NCBI GenBank assembly: GCA_951406725.2 | Contig: OX597831.1 | Span: forward strand, 48,918,001 to 48,982,000 | Origin: Octopus vulgaris | Taxonomy: Eukaryota | Length of the DNA: 64,000 nucleotides | Direction: 5' to 3' | In this document: piece by piece, positions 45,129-56,481 of the stretch | Numbering within the stretch: the stretch's first letter is position 1 | Layout of the letters: each line of letters opens with the position of its first letter | Program-made: the position numbers and the translations under genes | The notes under the pieces: model-generated | Databases searched by the model: none | What the model was told of the DNA's origin: nothing | The model's input: only the letters and a program-made list of their open reading frames with translations

Positions 45129-46529
45129 AAAAAATATTATTTAATTTGCATAAAAAAATTATATACATTGTTTAAAAAAAAAACATTTTCTTTGATATGT
45201 ATTCAGCCTTGAAATACAAACATGTATCATTTGCATATGCGCAAGTCGTTGTAGGATTGACTACTTACTACTAGCTAGCGCGGATGTGCAAGTGCACGCA
45301 CCGAGACTATCTAAATCGTTCACTAGTAGTACCGAATTACCTGGGATTTGTATTCTACTTACATTTGCTGGTATCTAATTGTTGAATATTGGTAACCAAA
45401 TTGTTTTAATAATGAGTGCCTTTTTGGTATCTGCCAGGATTTTTTAATCCCTTCTTTTTTCTTCAATAAAAATTTAACAGACAATATATGGATTTAACTT
45501 ATCAGGTGTAACTCATATAAAAAAAAAAAGCTCCTTTAATGGATCACTAAGCTGTCCTACAACAAATTAAATCCAGCGCATGTTCTGATCGAAGGTAATC
45601 AATATAAATGTATAGCAAATTCAGCTTCACAATGACAGGAAAAGCTGACGATGAAGAATCTAAAAATGACAACATGAAAACGCTTGGCCACCACAAGCCA
45701 GTTGTACATCAAGAAACTGCAGCACCAAGAGAAACAGCTATGGTGTAACTTTCATGCACAGAATTTTGCCCCCAATATCTCTTTCTCATAGGTATAACAC
45801 CTTTCTCCTGAAAAAGACATTGAGGTTTCTTCCTCTGCTTTTATGCTCACCTACAAATCCAATGCTGAAGAGCTCATTTTGTGTAATAAAATCTCGTGTT
45901 TAAGACAGAAATATATAATGTGTTGTGTATCTCAGGTAACATGGTGAGAGTACAGTAAGATAAAAGGACAATGCTGTTAGTAGGAGAGGTTGGAAAAGTG
46001 TGATGTGAAGGAGGAAAAAGACAGAAACAAAGAGACCATTGTGATAGTCTTACCTGTCAATCTGAAAGGTTCACTCACAATGTCCACGTGCTCTGTCTGC
46101 CGCCATACCATCTAACACATCTGCTCTCATATACTGTCCACCACCAACTGACTGCTCGTGCCTCGCCAACCCCGCATGACCACTGCAGCCCTTCCAGTGG
46201 AGAGTGAAATAAAATAAATTAAAATAAAATAAATGAGATAAAATGCAATAAAAAGTAGTAGAGTAGAAAGAGGTGCAAAGAGGTTTATTATCTGTAATAG
46301 ACTTATGAATATAAAAGTTTTGACGGTGTGTGATCTGCAGAGAGCCTTGTTGCAGCTTGTGGCTTGTCTTGTTAGTGATTTCAAATCAATGATTCTTCAT
46401 CAAATATTCTTAATCACAATTTTTTTTTTTAATTTCTTTAAGTATTTTTTGTTCTTTTTTGATGATGGTCAATGTGGGTTAAAGATCCTGGAAGCAGTAT
46501 ATATATTTTGATGCATCTAGTTCATTACT

Positions 46530-47350
46530 GCGGTTCAGGCTAGGTGCCTTCTTACAAAGTGCTTCTGTAATTCTGAGGTTAATTCCATCCCCACCACACG
46601 GTTGGTGGTGTTAGAATACAGCACTGAGTGTTGTGGTCTTATGGATATGTATCTTCACCCTAAGGTGAAGTAGTCTTCTCGTGGATCCAATGAATCTTGC
46701 CCCACAAGAACATATCAATTGATATACAATGATGGATTTAAAACACAGCCATTGGTTGTATTACTCTGATTGGACAGTGGTGTAGGCAGCATGCGTCCAG
46801 TGTGTTATTGGTGTTTGAGCATGTGGCCCCATCACATAATTCTAATGAGTAGACCAGATCCCTTGATGCTGTTTTTTTAGCTTGTTCTCTGTTGCCTTTC
46901 CATAGTGTGGTAGATTAACATATGTTCTTCTTCTGCTTCTTTCTGTTGTTGCCATTGATGTTATTGTTGCTGTTGCCATCATCAGTTCATGGCATCATTT
47001 CTGATACGATGGTGTCTGTACAATACCATGAGTTGAGCAAGTCTGCAATTTGTGATATCGACTGTTGTTGTTATGGGTTTTGCTGTTCTCTTTTGTCTTG
47101 TGGACAGTCCTCTTGTGGCACCCTTGTTTCCATGTGCTTAATATGTCACACACTTTCTCTATGAAACATGGTTTGTATCCGCTTAGATACAGCATCTTAG
47201 TGAAATCCACTCATACTGAGTTCTCTATTTCAGCCTTATCACACCTGCTTAGGCAGCAATTTAATTTGTTAAAAGGCCACATTGTACTTCAACACCTTTG
47301 GTTATGCCAGATCTGAATGGAGGAAGATGCCTTTCTTTAACTCTTTCTCA
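46530..47350 (-). mobile_element. Penelope-like element remnant (RT C-terminus plus GIY-YIG endonuclease)
   Basis: Minus-strand translation KSIIVYQLICSCGARFIGSTRRLLHLRVKIH (46745-46650) fits the PLE GIY-YIG signature; upstream GIFLHS..PK..KYNV and FTKMLYLSGY; multiple stops. Confidence 0.75.
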
Positions 47351-47778
47351 AGGAATCAGATTGTTGCATGCCCTGAGGCAAAAGAGATGTTGAATTTCAA
47401 AGGGCTCCCCGCACTTAAAGCATCTGGGCCTACGTCCCTCCACTGACACACGAATTGTGTGCCCCTCCCCTACAAACACTCTGTCTGGCAAATTTTCCAG
47501 TGTTGTATTGTCAGCTTGGATGACCATCTCCAGCACTAGACCTTTCCAGTTTGAGGTCTCTCTCTTCCTCATTTGAAGGATTGATATTTTTCCCTCCACA
47601 TTATATATGACAGCCTCTGCTATCCACATCACGTCATACCCTCTGGGAATTTCACTGACTGTTACTTTTGCAGTTCTGCATCCCAAATACGTGGGTAGCA
47701 GCATAATCTCTTCATTTTTTAAAGTCTAGGTAGACATTTCCTTTGCTACGCTAGCCAACTCAAAATGTGCCTCTATTG

Positions 47779-48192
47779 GGATCTTTTCGGTTTGCCAGCA
47801 GTTTTTTCTAGCGGTGTCATATGAAATTGTCACCCGTAATTATGACCCTAGTATCGATCTATTGCATTTCAATCTGTTTTAGGGTTAGGGTTAGGGGTGG
47901 GGGAAGAGTATCTTTTTTTCTTCACAAATGTAAATAAACCCAATCTGTTTCTTAAACGAGAGACATATTCATACGGCACAGAATGTTTTCACCTCAATAG
48001 ACGTCATTGATTGGTTGAAATTGCAGAAATTAAAGAAAAAAAACAACAAATATCTTACAAACTATAGAATTTTCTCAATAAAGCCAAGATAAAAGATGTT
48101 TTATAAACACATTCTACCAGTATACGAAGTTTAAAAGTGTTTAGTTACGTGGAAATTATTTTTAAAAACTGCCGTTTAAACCGAAAAGATCC
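47779..48192. mobile_element. MITE, 414 bp, 8-bp TSD (Merlin- or hAT-like)
   Basis: TIR GGATCTTTTCGGTTT / AAACCGAAAAGATCC; TSD CTCTATTG at 47771 and 48193; internal TTAGGG repeats. Confidence 0.9.
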
Positions 48193-48312
48193 CTCTATTG
48201 TGGCACTTCTCGTTCCACGGCTAACGTAGCATATTCTGTTCCAAACTGGTGACATACACTTCTCAACAACTTCGTTTTTAACTTCCATTATTCTCTTTTC
48301 TTTTATATTGTA

Positions 48313-48705
48313 CTAGCAGTATCGCCCGGTGTTGCTCAGGTTTGTAAGGGAAATAACTATATAAGCATTTTTAGAGACGCAAAGTATAATAGCCATCTCA
48401 ATATGGCTAACCACAAAGGGGGGTGTTACTGTAGCTTTTTACGTTCTGAGATTTAATAAATTTTTAGAGAGTTACTTCCCTTATATATGCCAAAAATGCA
48501 ATAAAAATGGGAAAAATTGATGGTAATTTTTTTTTATAAATCGTAGACTCATCGTAGACGCGCGCTAATACCCAGAAGAGCTCGATATGAATCACGACTA
48601 TAAGATACCCGGTTTTGGTTAAACTGCACCGCAAAATGTGGGAGTAGTTAGGAATCTAAATCGTAGGAGACAGACAGCACACAACCTTACTTTTATATAT
48701 AAAGA
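48313..48705 (-). mobile_element. Non-autonomous Helitron (unit 1 of a tandem dimer)
   Basis: Same family as 40262-40629; CTAG and hairpin at the left end, TC start at the right end. Confidence 0.9.
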
Positions 48706-49108
48706 CTAGCAGTATCGCCCGGCGTTGCTCGGGTTTGTAAGGGAAATAACTATATAAGCATTTTTAGAGAGTTATAGCCAAAAAGTAGCAAAAAAATGCA
48801 TTAAAAATGGAAAAAAAATTATGGTAAATTTTTTTTTTAAATTGTTGACTCATCGTAGACATTTTTAGAGAGTTATTTCCCTTATATAATAGCGAAAAAA
48901 TGCATTAAAATGGAAAAAAATTATAGTAAATTTTTTTTTTAAATCGTAGACTCATCGTAGACGCGCGCTAATACCCAGAAGAGCTCGATATGAATCACGA
49001 CTATAAGATACCCGGTTTTGGTTAAACTGCACCGCAAAATGTGGGAGTAGTTAGGAATCTAAATCGAGGGAGACAGACAGCACACAACCTTACTTTTATA
49101 TATAAAGA
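48706..49108 (-). mobile_element. Non-autonomous Helitron (unit 2 of a tandem dimer)
   Basis: Joined directly to unit 1 (AAAGA|CTAGCAG); contains an internal ~100-bp duplication. Confidence 0.9.
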
Positions 49109-50895
49109 TATTTTGTAAATAGCAATTTTTTCTTTAATGGCTTGTATTGTTTCAGGGGGCGGTACCAACTTTGTTTCATCTCCGCATTTTTCTATAAATT
49201 TCCTAAACTGAAATAATTTGTTCATGGTGACGTCCAACTCGATAACATTTCTGCCAACGGCGTCTGAAAAACTGTTTTTCCTTTGAATTCTTGACAGTTT
49301 GACTTACAAGTCTTTTTCCCATCTCGGGAAAATCTTGAGTCGACGCAAGGTCGAAAACTGTAATTCCCCTCGTCATAACTGACAAGAAAATTTTCAAAAA
49401 CAAACCGTAACAGTTCACAAAGAACTTCAAAAAAATGACCGTATTTTGAAAGACAACAGTTCCAATCCAAGTAAAGTCGTTAACAATAACGCAAAATAAC
49501 AAAAACCATAAGACGGAAACGAAATTACATAACGTTGAGTAGCTGGTGGAAAATACGACGTGTGCCAAGAGAAAAAGATGTTTTATGCGACACATTCTAC
49601 CAGTATACGAAGTTTAAAAGTGTTCAGTTACAAAGAAATTATTTTTAAAATCTGCCGGTCAAAGTGAAAAGATCCACTTGGCGTTATAACAGCAAATTTT
49701 TATCGTTACAACTGCTGACTCCGATCTTACCCGTTACAATTGGTAACTACACTAATATAAACCTAACCGTTACCTATGAAATTGACGCTATTTTCCAGTG
49801 ACAAGGTAGAAACTATGACATACCTATACAAACGTGGGTTAATTATCAAAATTTACCCAAATGTGTACCCCACCCGCACCGACTAGAAAAATGGATATTT
49901 TATCAATGAAATTTTCTAGATTTCACTTATACCTGGAATTTGTTGTGAAAAAAATTTCCGGGGCTAGGGAGAGGATTTTCGGAAAATTTACTCTAACTTT
50001 CAGAAAAACGGATATTATTTTAAGAATCTTTGTTTTTTTATAAATACCTTTCAGAGCGTGTAGATAATGATTATTTTGGAACCTGAATATGAAAAAAATT
50101 CTCGTTGTGCTCGCATACATTCATAATGACACACAAAATGAAACTTGAAACTTCGAAAAAATTGTGCTGTCAGTATGTCTGTGTGTGCCCACCTTTTTAA
50201 TTTCTCACATTTATTTCGATATAATCGCGATATATTATGCACACTCTGAAAGATATCTGTAGAAAATTTCATTGAAAATACCCATTTTTCGGAAAGTTGC
50301 AAGGAAAGAAATACGACGCGCATGAATTTTCCTAAACTTCCTTCCCCACCCACAGAAAAACAAAATTCTTATATAATCGGTATCTACACTCCCTGAAGCG
50401 TATTTGTTGAAAGTTTCGTTGAAAAATATCCATTTTTCTGAAAGTTATGAAGAAAGAAAATTGGGGGCGCGATTGTGTAGGTATGCCGTTAAAACTATGT
50501 TTGCGACTTCCTTTCACGCTGTTTCCGAAAAAAAATGCCTTGTGTATAGTTTCACACAAAATAAAGTACTAAAATCCAGTTGTACATTTATAAAAATGAT
50601 ATAAGATCGCATTTTTATAACACACGCTTTTTATTTATGTTTATGAAAAAGTAAATTACCTATTTAATTGTTATCGAACCGTTTGTTTGTTTTAAAACCC
50701 TGTTCTTTAACGGAAATAGTGGCAGATTATTTTAATATTACGAATTAATTAAAAGTCTCTGCGTAAGTTTTCAGGTTGTATAAATTATTTGAATTAATGT
50801 TTTATTTTAAGTGAAGCTTTAAGTATTTTCACTTTAAATAATTATCAGTAAACGAAAAAACAAGAGAAAAGATTTGTCGTAGTTTAAAAGTGTTC

Positions 50896-50909
50896 AATTA
50901 CCTCCCTTG
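50896..50909 (+). promoter_or_regulatory. Candidate distal sequence element of U1 copy 1 (AATTACCTCCCTTG)
   Basis: Same motif at about -250 to -265 in all three U1 upstream regions, although the copy 1 flank is otherwise divergent. Confidence 0.45.
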
Positions 50910-51166
50910 AATACTGGCGTATACAAGCAGTGAATGAGTTTTGAAAGGGATTTCGATTATTAAATCTCTAAAATCTAGATAAATAAAGTAAATTAAGTAA
51001 GTAGTATGAGACAAAAATGTTGTAATTAATTGTATAAGTAAATTGCAATTAGAGTTATTTTGTTTCTGAGGTGTATAAATAAATTAATTGTAAATATTAT
51101 TGGTATAAAATCATCGAATGTATTGAACAGTAAAAGTTTAAATATATTTTTTCTATGGCATTAAGC

Positions 51167-51330
51167 ATACTTACCTGGCACAGGGGTAAACCATGATCAG
51201 CAAGGTGGTTCTCCCAGAGTGAGGCCCTTCCATTGCACTCCGGTTGGGTTGACCTTTGCGATCGCCCCAAATGTGGGCGACTCGGGTGCGCTATTTCTAA
51301 GTGTGGGGTCTGCGTTCGCGCTCACCCCGT
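51167..51330 (+). ncRNA. RNU1: U1 spliceosomal snRNA (type 1)
   Basis: ATACTTACCTGG 5' end, SL1, U1A loop ATTGCAC, SL3 CAAATGT loop, SL4 GCGTTCGCGC; 164 nt; stem differences from human U1 are compensatory. Confidence 0.97.
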
Positions 51331-52212
51331 AAATCAAACAAAGAACAGACTAATGATAATGAATCCTAGATTCAATTTAAAGTATACTTGCAAAGTTACT
51401 TTTCGCTGCTTTTTCTAGAAAGATGTTATCTGCGGAATACTATTATTGGTATTTTTTCTTGCGGATGCATGTGTAGTTTTTAGGCTGCTATTTCTAGCAG
51501 GTCATACCTTTTTCTAATGGTTTTAGATAAACTATCATTCATATTCGATACAATTGGGTTCATATTTTCACTATGTTGTATTCCTTTCGCTGCTATTTCT
51601 AGCAGCTCGAATTATTCTCTTATTAAATTCCATGTACTGGGGTTCTTAATGTCACTGTACAGAATGAATTTTAGTTTACATTTATATGACGAAGTGTCTG
51701 CAGCTCGTAAATGAGTTCAAATCTCGCCGAGGTCAGCGTGGAAGATTTAAATGCAGATAATAATAATCAAATAGTGTACAGTTGCCGATCGTATGAGTGT
51801 CTTGGTACAACAATTTCTTTCACGTGTCTATTTTATATCTAACTCCTTTTATTCAACCCTTTTTTACTCAGTACTTTCGTAAATGGTGTTCCTTTGCAAT
51901 AAATATATCGGTTTACATCTTTTAAAGATCATAAAATAATTTATCGACATTAACCCCTATTAACGTTAGTGATATAAATTGATGGGCTTGCTGTTAGGCG
52001 AAGTGGTATTAAAGTGAAAAATCAAAAATAACTTCGCTATTATTGGCATTCTTTCCTTTATATATGTTTTTATTTGTTTGTAATTATTGATAGTTTATTC
52101 ACCGAAATATTTTTAGAGAAAGGAAATGAGATTTGTAGCGCTGACAATACAAATATAGAATTACGAATTCAGTTCGCCGAACGATTTGAAAACAAGGGGT
52201 GCAAACGTATAG

Positions 52213-52455
52213 TGCGGCGAGCTGGCAGAAACGTTAGCGCGCCGGGCGAAATGCTCAGCAGTATATCGTCTGTCGCTACGTTCTGAGTTCAAATACCGCC
52301 GAGGTCGACTTTACCTTTCATCCTTTCGTGGTCGATAAATTAAGTACCACTGCCTCTACGCACTGGGGTCGATGTAATCGACTTAATCCGTTTGTCTGTC
52401 CTTGTTTGTCCCCTCTTTGTTTAGCCTCTTGTGGGTAATAAAGAAATAGGTATTA
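52213..52455 (+). mobile_element. SINE family A, young full-length copy
   Basis: CpG-rich copy ending AATAAAGAAATAGGTATT. Confidence 0.88.
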
Positions 52456-52916
52456 AGCAGGATGACATTTTCATCTTTCTGTCGTTTTGATATAATTATT
52501 TATTCTGATGTGTGCTCCATTCCCTTCCATCTTCTACTGCTTAATTCCCCCACTTTTTTTTATTTTTCTGTCACTTTGTTTCTTTGTAGTTAAATTGTGG
52601 TAAATATAACTTAACGTTAAAAATTTAATACATCATACTGAAATAAAAATATTTCACTATGTTACGGACTGAGAACTTGGAGGGAAAGCAGTCATATTAA
52701 TAAAAAAAATTCAATTACCTCCCCTGAAAAATGCTGCTGGAAGCTGGAATTGAATCAGTAATTAAAGATATTAATTTAATTTATTAAATGTAGGTAAATA
52801 AAGAAAAGAAAATAGAAAGGTAAAGGTAATAAATAATTGGCTAAAGAAGAAAATTGCAAAATAGTATTGATTTTATAGACGCGAAATACATGTGCGCACG
52901 ATAATTTTAGGAATAA

Positions 52917-53303
52917 TTCTTTTACTTGTTTCAGTCATTTGACTGTGGCCAAGCTCGAGCACCGCCTTTAGTCGAAGAAATCGACCCCAGGACTTATTCT
53001 TTGTAAGCCTAGTACTTATTCTATCGGTCTCTTTTGCCGAACCGCTAAGTTACGGGGATGTAAACGCACCAGCATCGGTTGTCGAGCGATATTGGGGGAC
53101 AAACACAGACACAAAAACATATATACACACACATACATTCATACACACACACACACACACACATACGAAGGGCTTCTTTCAATTTCCGTCTAACAAATCC
53201 ACTCACAAGGCTTTGGTCGGCCCGAAACTATAGTAGAAGACACTTGCCAAGGTGCCACGCAGTGGGACTGAACCCTGAACCATGTGGCTGGTAAGCAAGC
53301 TAC
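52917..53303 (-). mobile_element. SINE family B, 5'-truncated
   Basis: High similarity to 61445-61859. Confidence 0.85.
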
Positions 53304-53529
53304 TTTATTTCATTAAGATTGGCCATAAAGGCATTACAAAGAGCAGCTTGCGGGCTGGACATATACATTGATGAGGTGAATGATGAAACAAGGATGATAT
53401 TGTTGAGAGAAGGCAGAAAACGCCCGCCGATTTTCTGCTTCTCTAAAACATTGTTCTTTTTTTCCCCTTAAAAACGACAATTATTGGACTTAATAGTCCA
53501 TTACAAATATATATAATAAGTTATTCAAT

Positions 53530-54219
53530 GTACACACAATCTATAAAATCAATCCTCCTCATCGGAGCCTCCAAGCAAATGACACACGGAAAGAGGAAAG
53601 CAAAATCTTTCTTATTACAGGTCACCATGACCTCGAACAGTTCCTTCTGACTCACGACGTCCGCAGTCACCTGCGGTGGCCAGTCTGGTCAGTCTATACA
53701 AACCGTGTCCAATCGTTCTCGGCCTGGAAGACCGTCCAAGCACTTCTCGACAGGCCCTTCCCTGAGATAGGAAACGACGGGTTTCACGTCCTCCTTACGG
53801 GGAGGGGCCTCAGCCCGCTCTGTCAGTGGCACAATTCCCACTGACAGAGCCTCTCGCTCCGGTGGCTCACGTTCCATCGAAGGGGTTTCGGAACATGCCG
53901 CCGGTGATGCCCCGTTTTTCATTCTTTTCTTTTTTTTTCCCCTTTTTCGCGTCGGGTGAGCGAGGTTCCTCCGGTTTGTCTGTATGTCCCTCCTTCCCTC
54001 CCGCCGCCACGGGATCCATTGATGGGCAGCCATTGTTGTCCACCTTCTTTCTTTTTTTTTTCCTTTCGAGGGGGTTACCTCCTCCTCGACTTTTTCTACA
54101 CCTCCCTCCTTTATATGCTCAGGAGGCTCCGTTGGAGGAAAAACACCCTCCTCTATTAATTTTTCCGGTGCCCTTGCATGGTTGTCACCATGACCTCGAA
54201 CAGTTCCTTCTGACTCACG

Positions 54220-54220
<1 letters not shown>
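53530..54220 (-). mobile_element. GC-rich fragment, probably non-LTR retrotransposon ORF1 C-terminal region
   Basis: Basic/acidic low-complexity ORF 53689-54033 continuing past a stop into a Cys-containing segment; 36-bp direct repeat at 53621 and 54184. Family assignment is inference. Confidence 0.35.
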
Positions 54221-54265
<45 letters not shown>

Positions 54266-54695
54266 GTGCTGTGGTTTTACTGAGATCTCCACTTTTAGTA
54301 GAAAGAATAGCTATAACTCTTTGACTGCTATTTCTAAATTCGGTGTGTGGTGAGGCAAATCGTTGCTAAACCCTTAATTACTTAGTATTACTTAAACTTT
54401 CCTCGAATGAGGCTTTTACATGCCGAAATCTACTTGGTGAAATTAATGATTATTCCAAATTAATTAATTTCACCCTATATTATTACTGATAACTATATAT
54501 ATATATATATGTAGGCGCAGGAGTGGCTGTGTGGTAAGCGGTGGGCACTTTCTGTCTTCTCCCATCCTTATCATCTTTGGATTATTATCATTCATTTCAT
54601 TAATGTATTGTCCAGCCAGCAAGCTACCTAATCTATGTACTGTCTTAATGACAAATTTAATGAAATAAAGTATAGGCGCACGTGTGGCATGTGTG

Positions 54696-54746
<51 letters not shown>

Positions 54747-54964
54747 ACATCCCAAGATCACCCTATTCGTTTTCACGCTCACATTTATTGATGTTTTTTC
54801 AATATTTTTCTCTCATTAAACACATTTTATGGAATTATGATGCCGAAGTGACACACACGTGGTCTATTTGTGGGAGATAAGCAACAACAGAAACAACAAA
54901 ATGATAACTAAAATTTTTACCCCCACCTAAAATGTGTGTACTCTATTTGATTTGCCCACACCAG

Positions 54965-56481
54965 CGCTGGTTAGTTTTCATCTTTGTAAAGAATAGAAAC
55001 CATTGTGTGTAATTTTGGGAAGATTTCGCTGTTATATCTAGCATGCCTAACGATCATGTAAGATGCTCTTTTGTTGGCTCGTTTTGTGTAGTAAATGTAT
55101 TACCGTAAATATTTTTATCAGTAAACTTTCAAATAAAACTGGAATTGTCTCCCTTGTAGACTTGCCTTTACTGTTGAATTAAACAAGACGATAATTTTTA
55201 AATTTCATAATATTTGATGGAATTGAAGCATTTAATTACTAAATCATTTAATTAGAAATAATGAGTTGTAGTAGTTGAATTGTAATATATATGAAGATAT
55301 GTATTGAAAAATTAATAGTAGAATGTCATATTAGAGGCAATATCAGTGAAGTTACAATGCAAATATTGTTTATATGAAATTTGTGAACGCCAAAAAACAT
55401 ACTTACCTGGCACAGGAGTAAACCATGATCATCTAGGTGGTTCTCCCAAAGTGAGGCCCTTCCATTGCACTCCGGTTGGGTTGACCTTTGCGATCGCCCC
55501 AAATGTGGGCGACTCGGGTGCGCTATTTCTAAGTGTGGGGTCTGCGTTCGCGCTCACCCCGTCATATAATCGAAAAATAGACAGTCCGACAACAGATGTT
55601 GGAATTTCACCTTTTGACAGGCATTTTCCAGGTTCTTTCTTTTTTCATTTGTCTTTCAAATTATGAAGAACATTTTGGCTGGGTTTTGTCAACTTCTTTT
55701 CTCCAAAGCACACGCGGATAGTGGTAAAAATCGATTTTCAGCCTTAACTCTTACCAATTTCCACGTGAGTTAAGGCGAGAAACAAAAGCAAAAGGTAAAT
55801 TTTTAGATTAATACCCGCTCGATTTTCACCAAGAAAAAGCTCGGAATTTTTGCGTGGAATCAAGTACCCCAACCTCCTAATATGCTGCAAGATCCCTTAT
55901 TTTAGTTCGGTAAGGAAGCGAGGCGAGGGGGAACCCCCTCCCAATCCCGGAATCATTGGGAATTTTTTTTTTTTCGTTGAATGAATTTCTGTGACCTGCT
56001 AATATGTTACAAACCCTTTTTGGGGATAGAAAATTGGGGTGAGGTGGAAGCCTCGGAAATTTTAACCACTCCCAACATTTTACAGAAAAAATTTTCCAGA
56101 GTGAATTATATGGTTCGTTATTGAATACAGTAGAGAATGTGATATTATATATATTTTTTTTTTTTTTCAACCATAACTTTTAGCAAGTTTGATGTATTTT
56201 GTTCAAACTCGATGCCGGCATTACTTAGGGCTCATGGGATCTTTGATTGCTTTAAGTTCTTCGAAAAAAAAAATCGATGAGTGGAAAAATCGATAAACCG
56301 ATTCCTTATGGGATTTCCCAATCAAATTGTCTGAAACCCATTTTCAGCCAAACGTTCACGAATTTCAACGGATTTCGCTCAAATTTGACGTCGGTGTTAC
56401 TTAGTTTGGCTTGAAACAAAGCGCTTGATTAGCTTAATCGCCGGGTTATACTGCTAGTGTGCGTGTATTTTTAGTGGAAAA
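54965..56481 (+). repeat. Segmental duplication carrying U1, copy A (copy B = 62441-63660)
   Basis: Colinear high identity upstream and downstream of U1; a ~300-bp segment (55848-56150) is absent from copy B. Confidence 0.92.
55399..55562 (+). ncRNA. RNU1: U1 spliceosomal snRNA (type 2 variant)
   Basis: Full-length U1; 4 substitutions versus copy 1; SL1 loop GATCATCTAG. Confidence 0.97.

Larger units (their letters stand above)
47395..49237 (-). pseudogene. L1/Tx1-like retrotransposon ORF1 remnant, interrupted by a MITE and a Helitron dimer
   Basis: Removing both insertions restores one reading frame (one TAG) ending in VSVEGRRPRCFKCG, the start of a zinc knuckle. Confidence 0.7.

Noticed and set aside
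51404-51604. Three GCTGCT(A/T)TTTCTAG motifs downstream of U1 copy 1 resembling its Sm region
   Set aside because: The same word occurs at 54326, 55027 and (reverse) 56924, consistent with a decayed dispersed repeat.
55346-55666. Duplicated 106-aa and 97-aa ORFs (also 62853-63146, and 51233-51418)
   Set aside because: They are translations through the U1 snRNA genes; the similarity comes from the RNA gene duplication.
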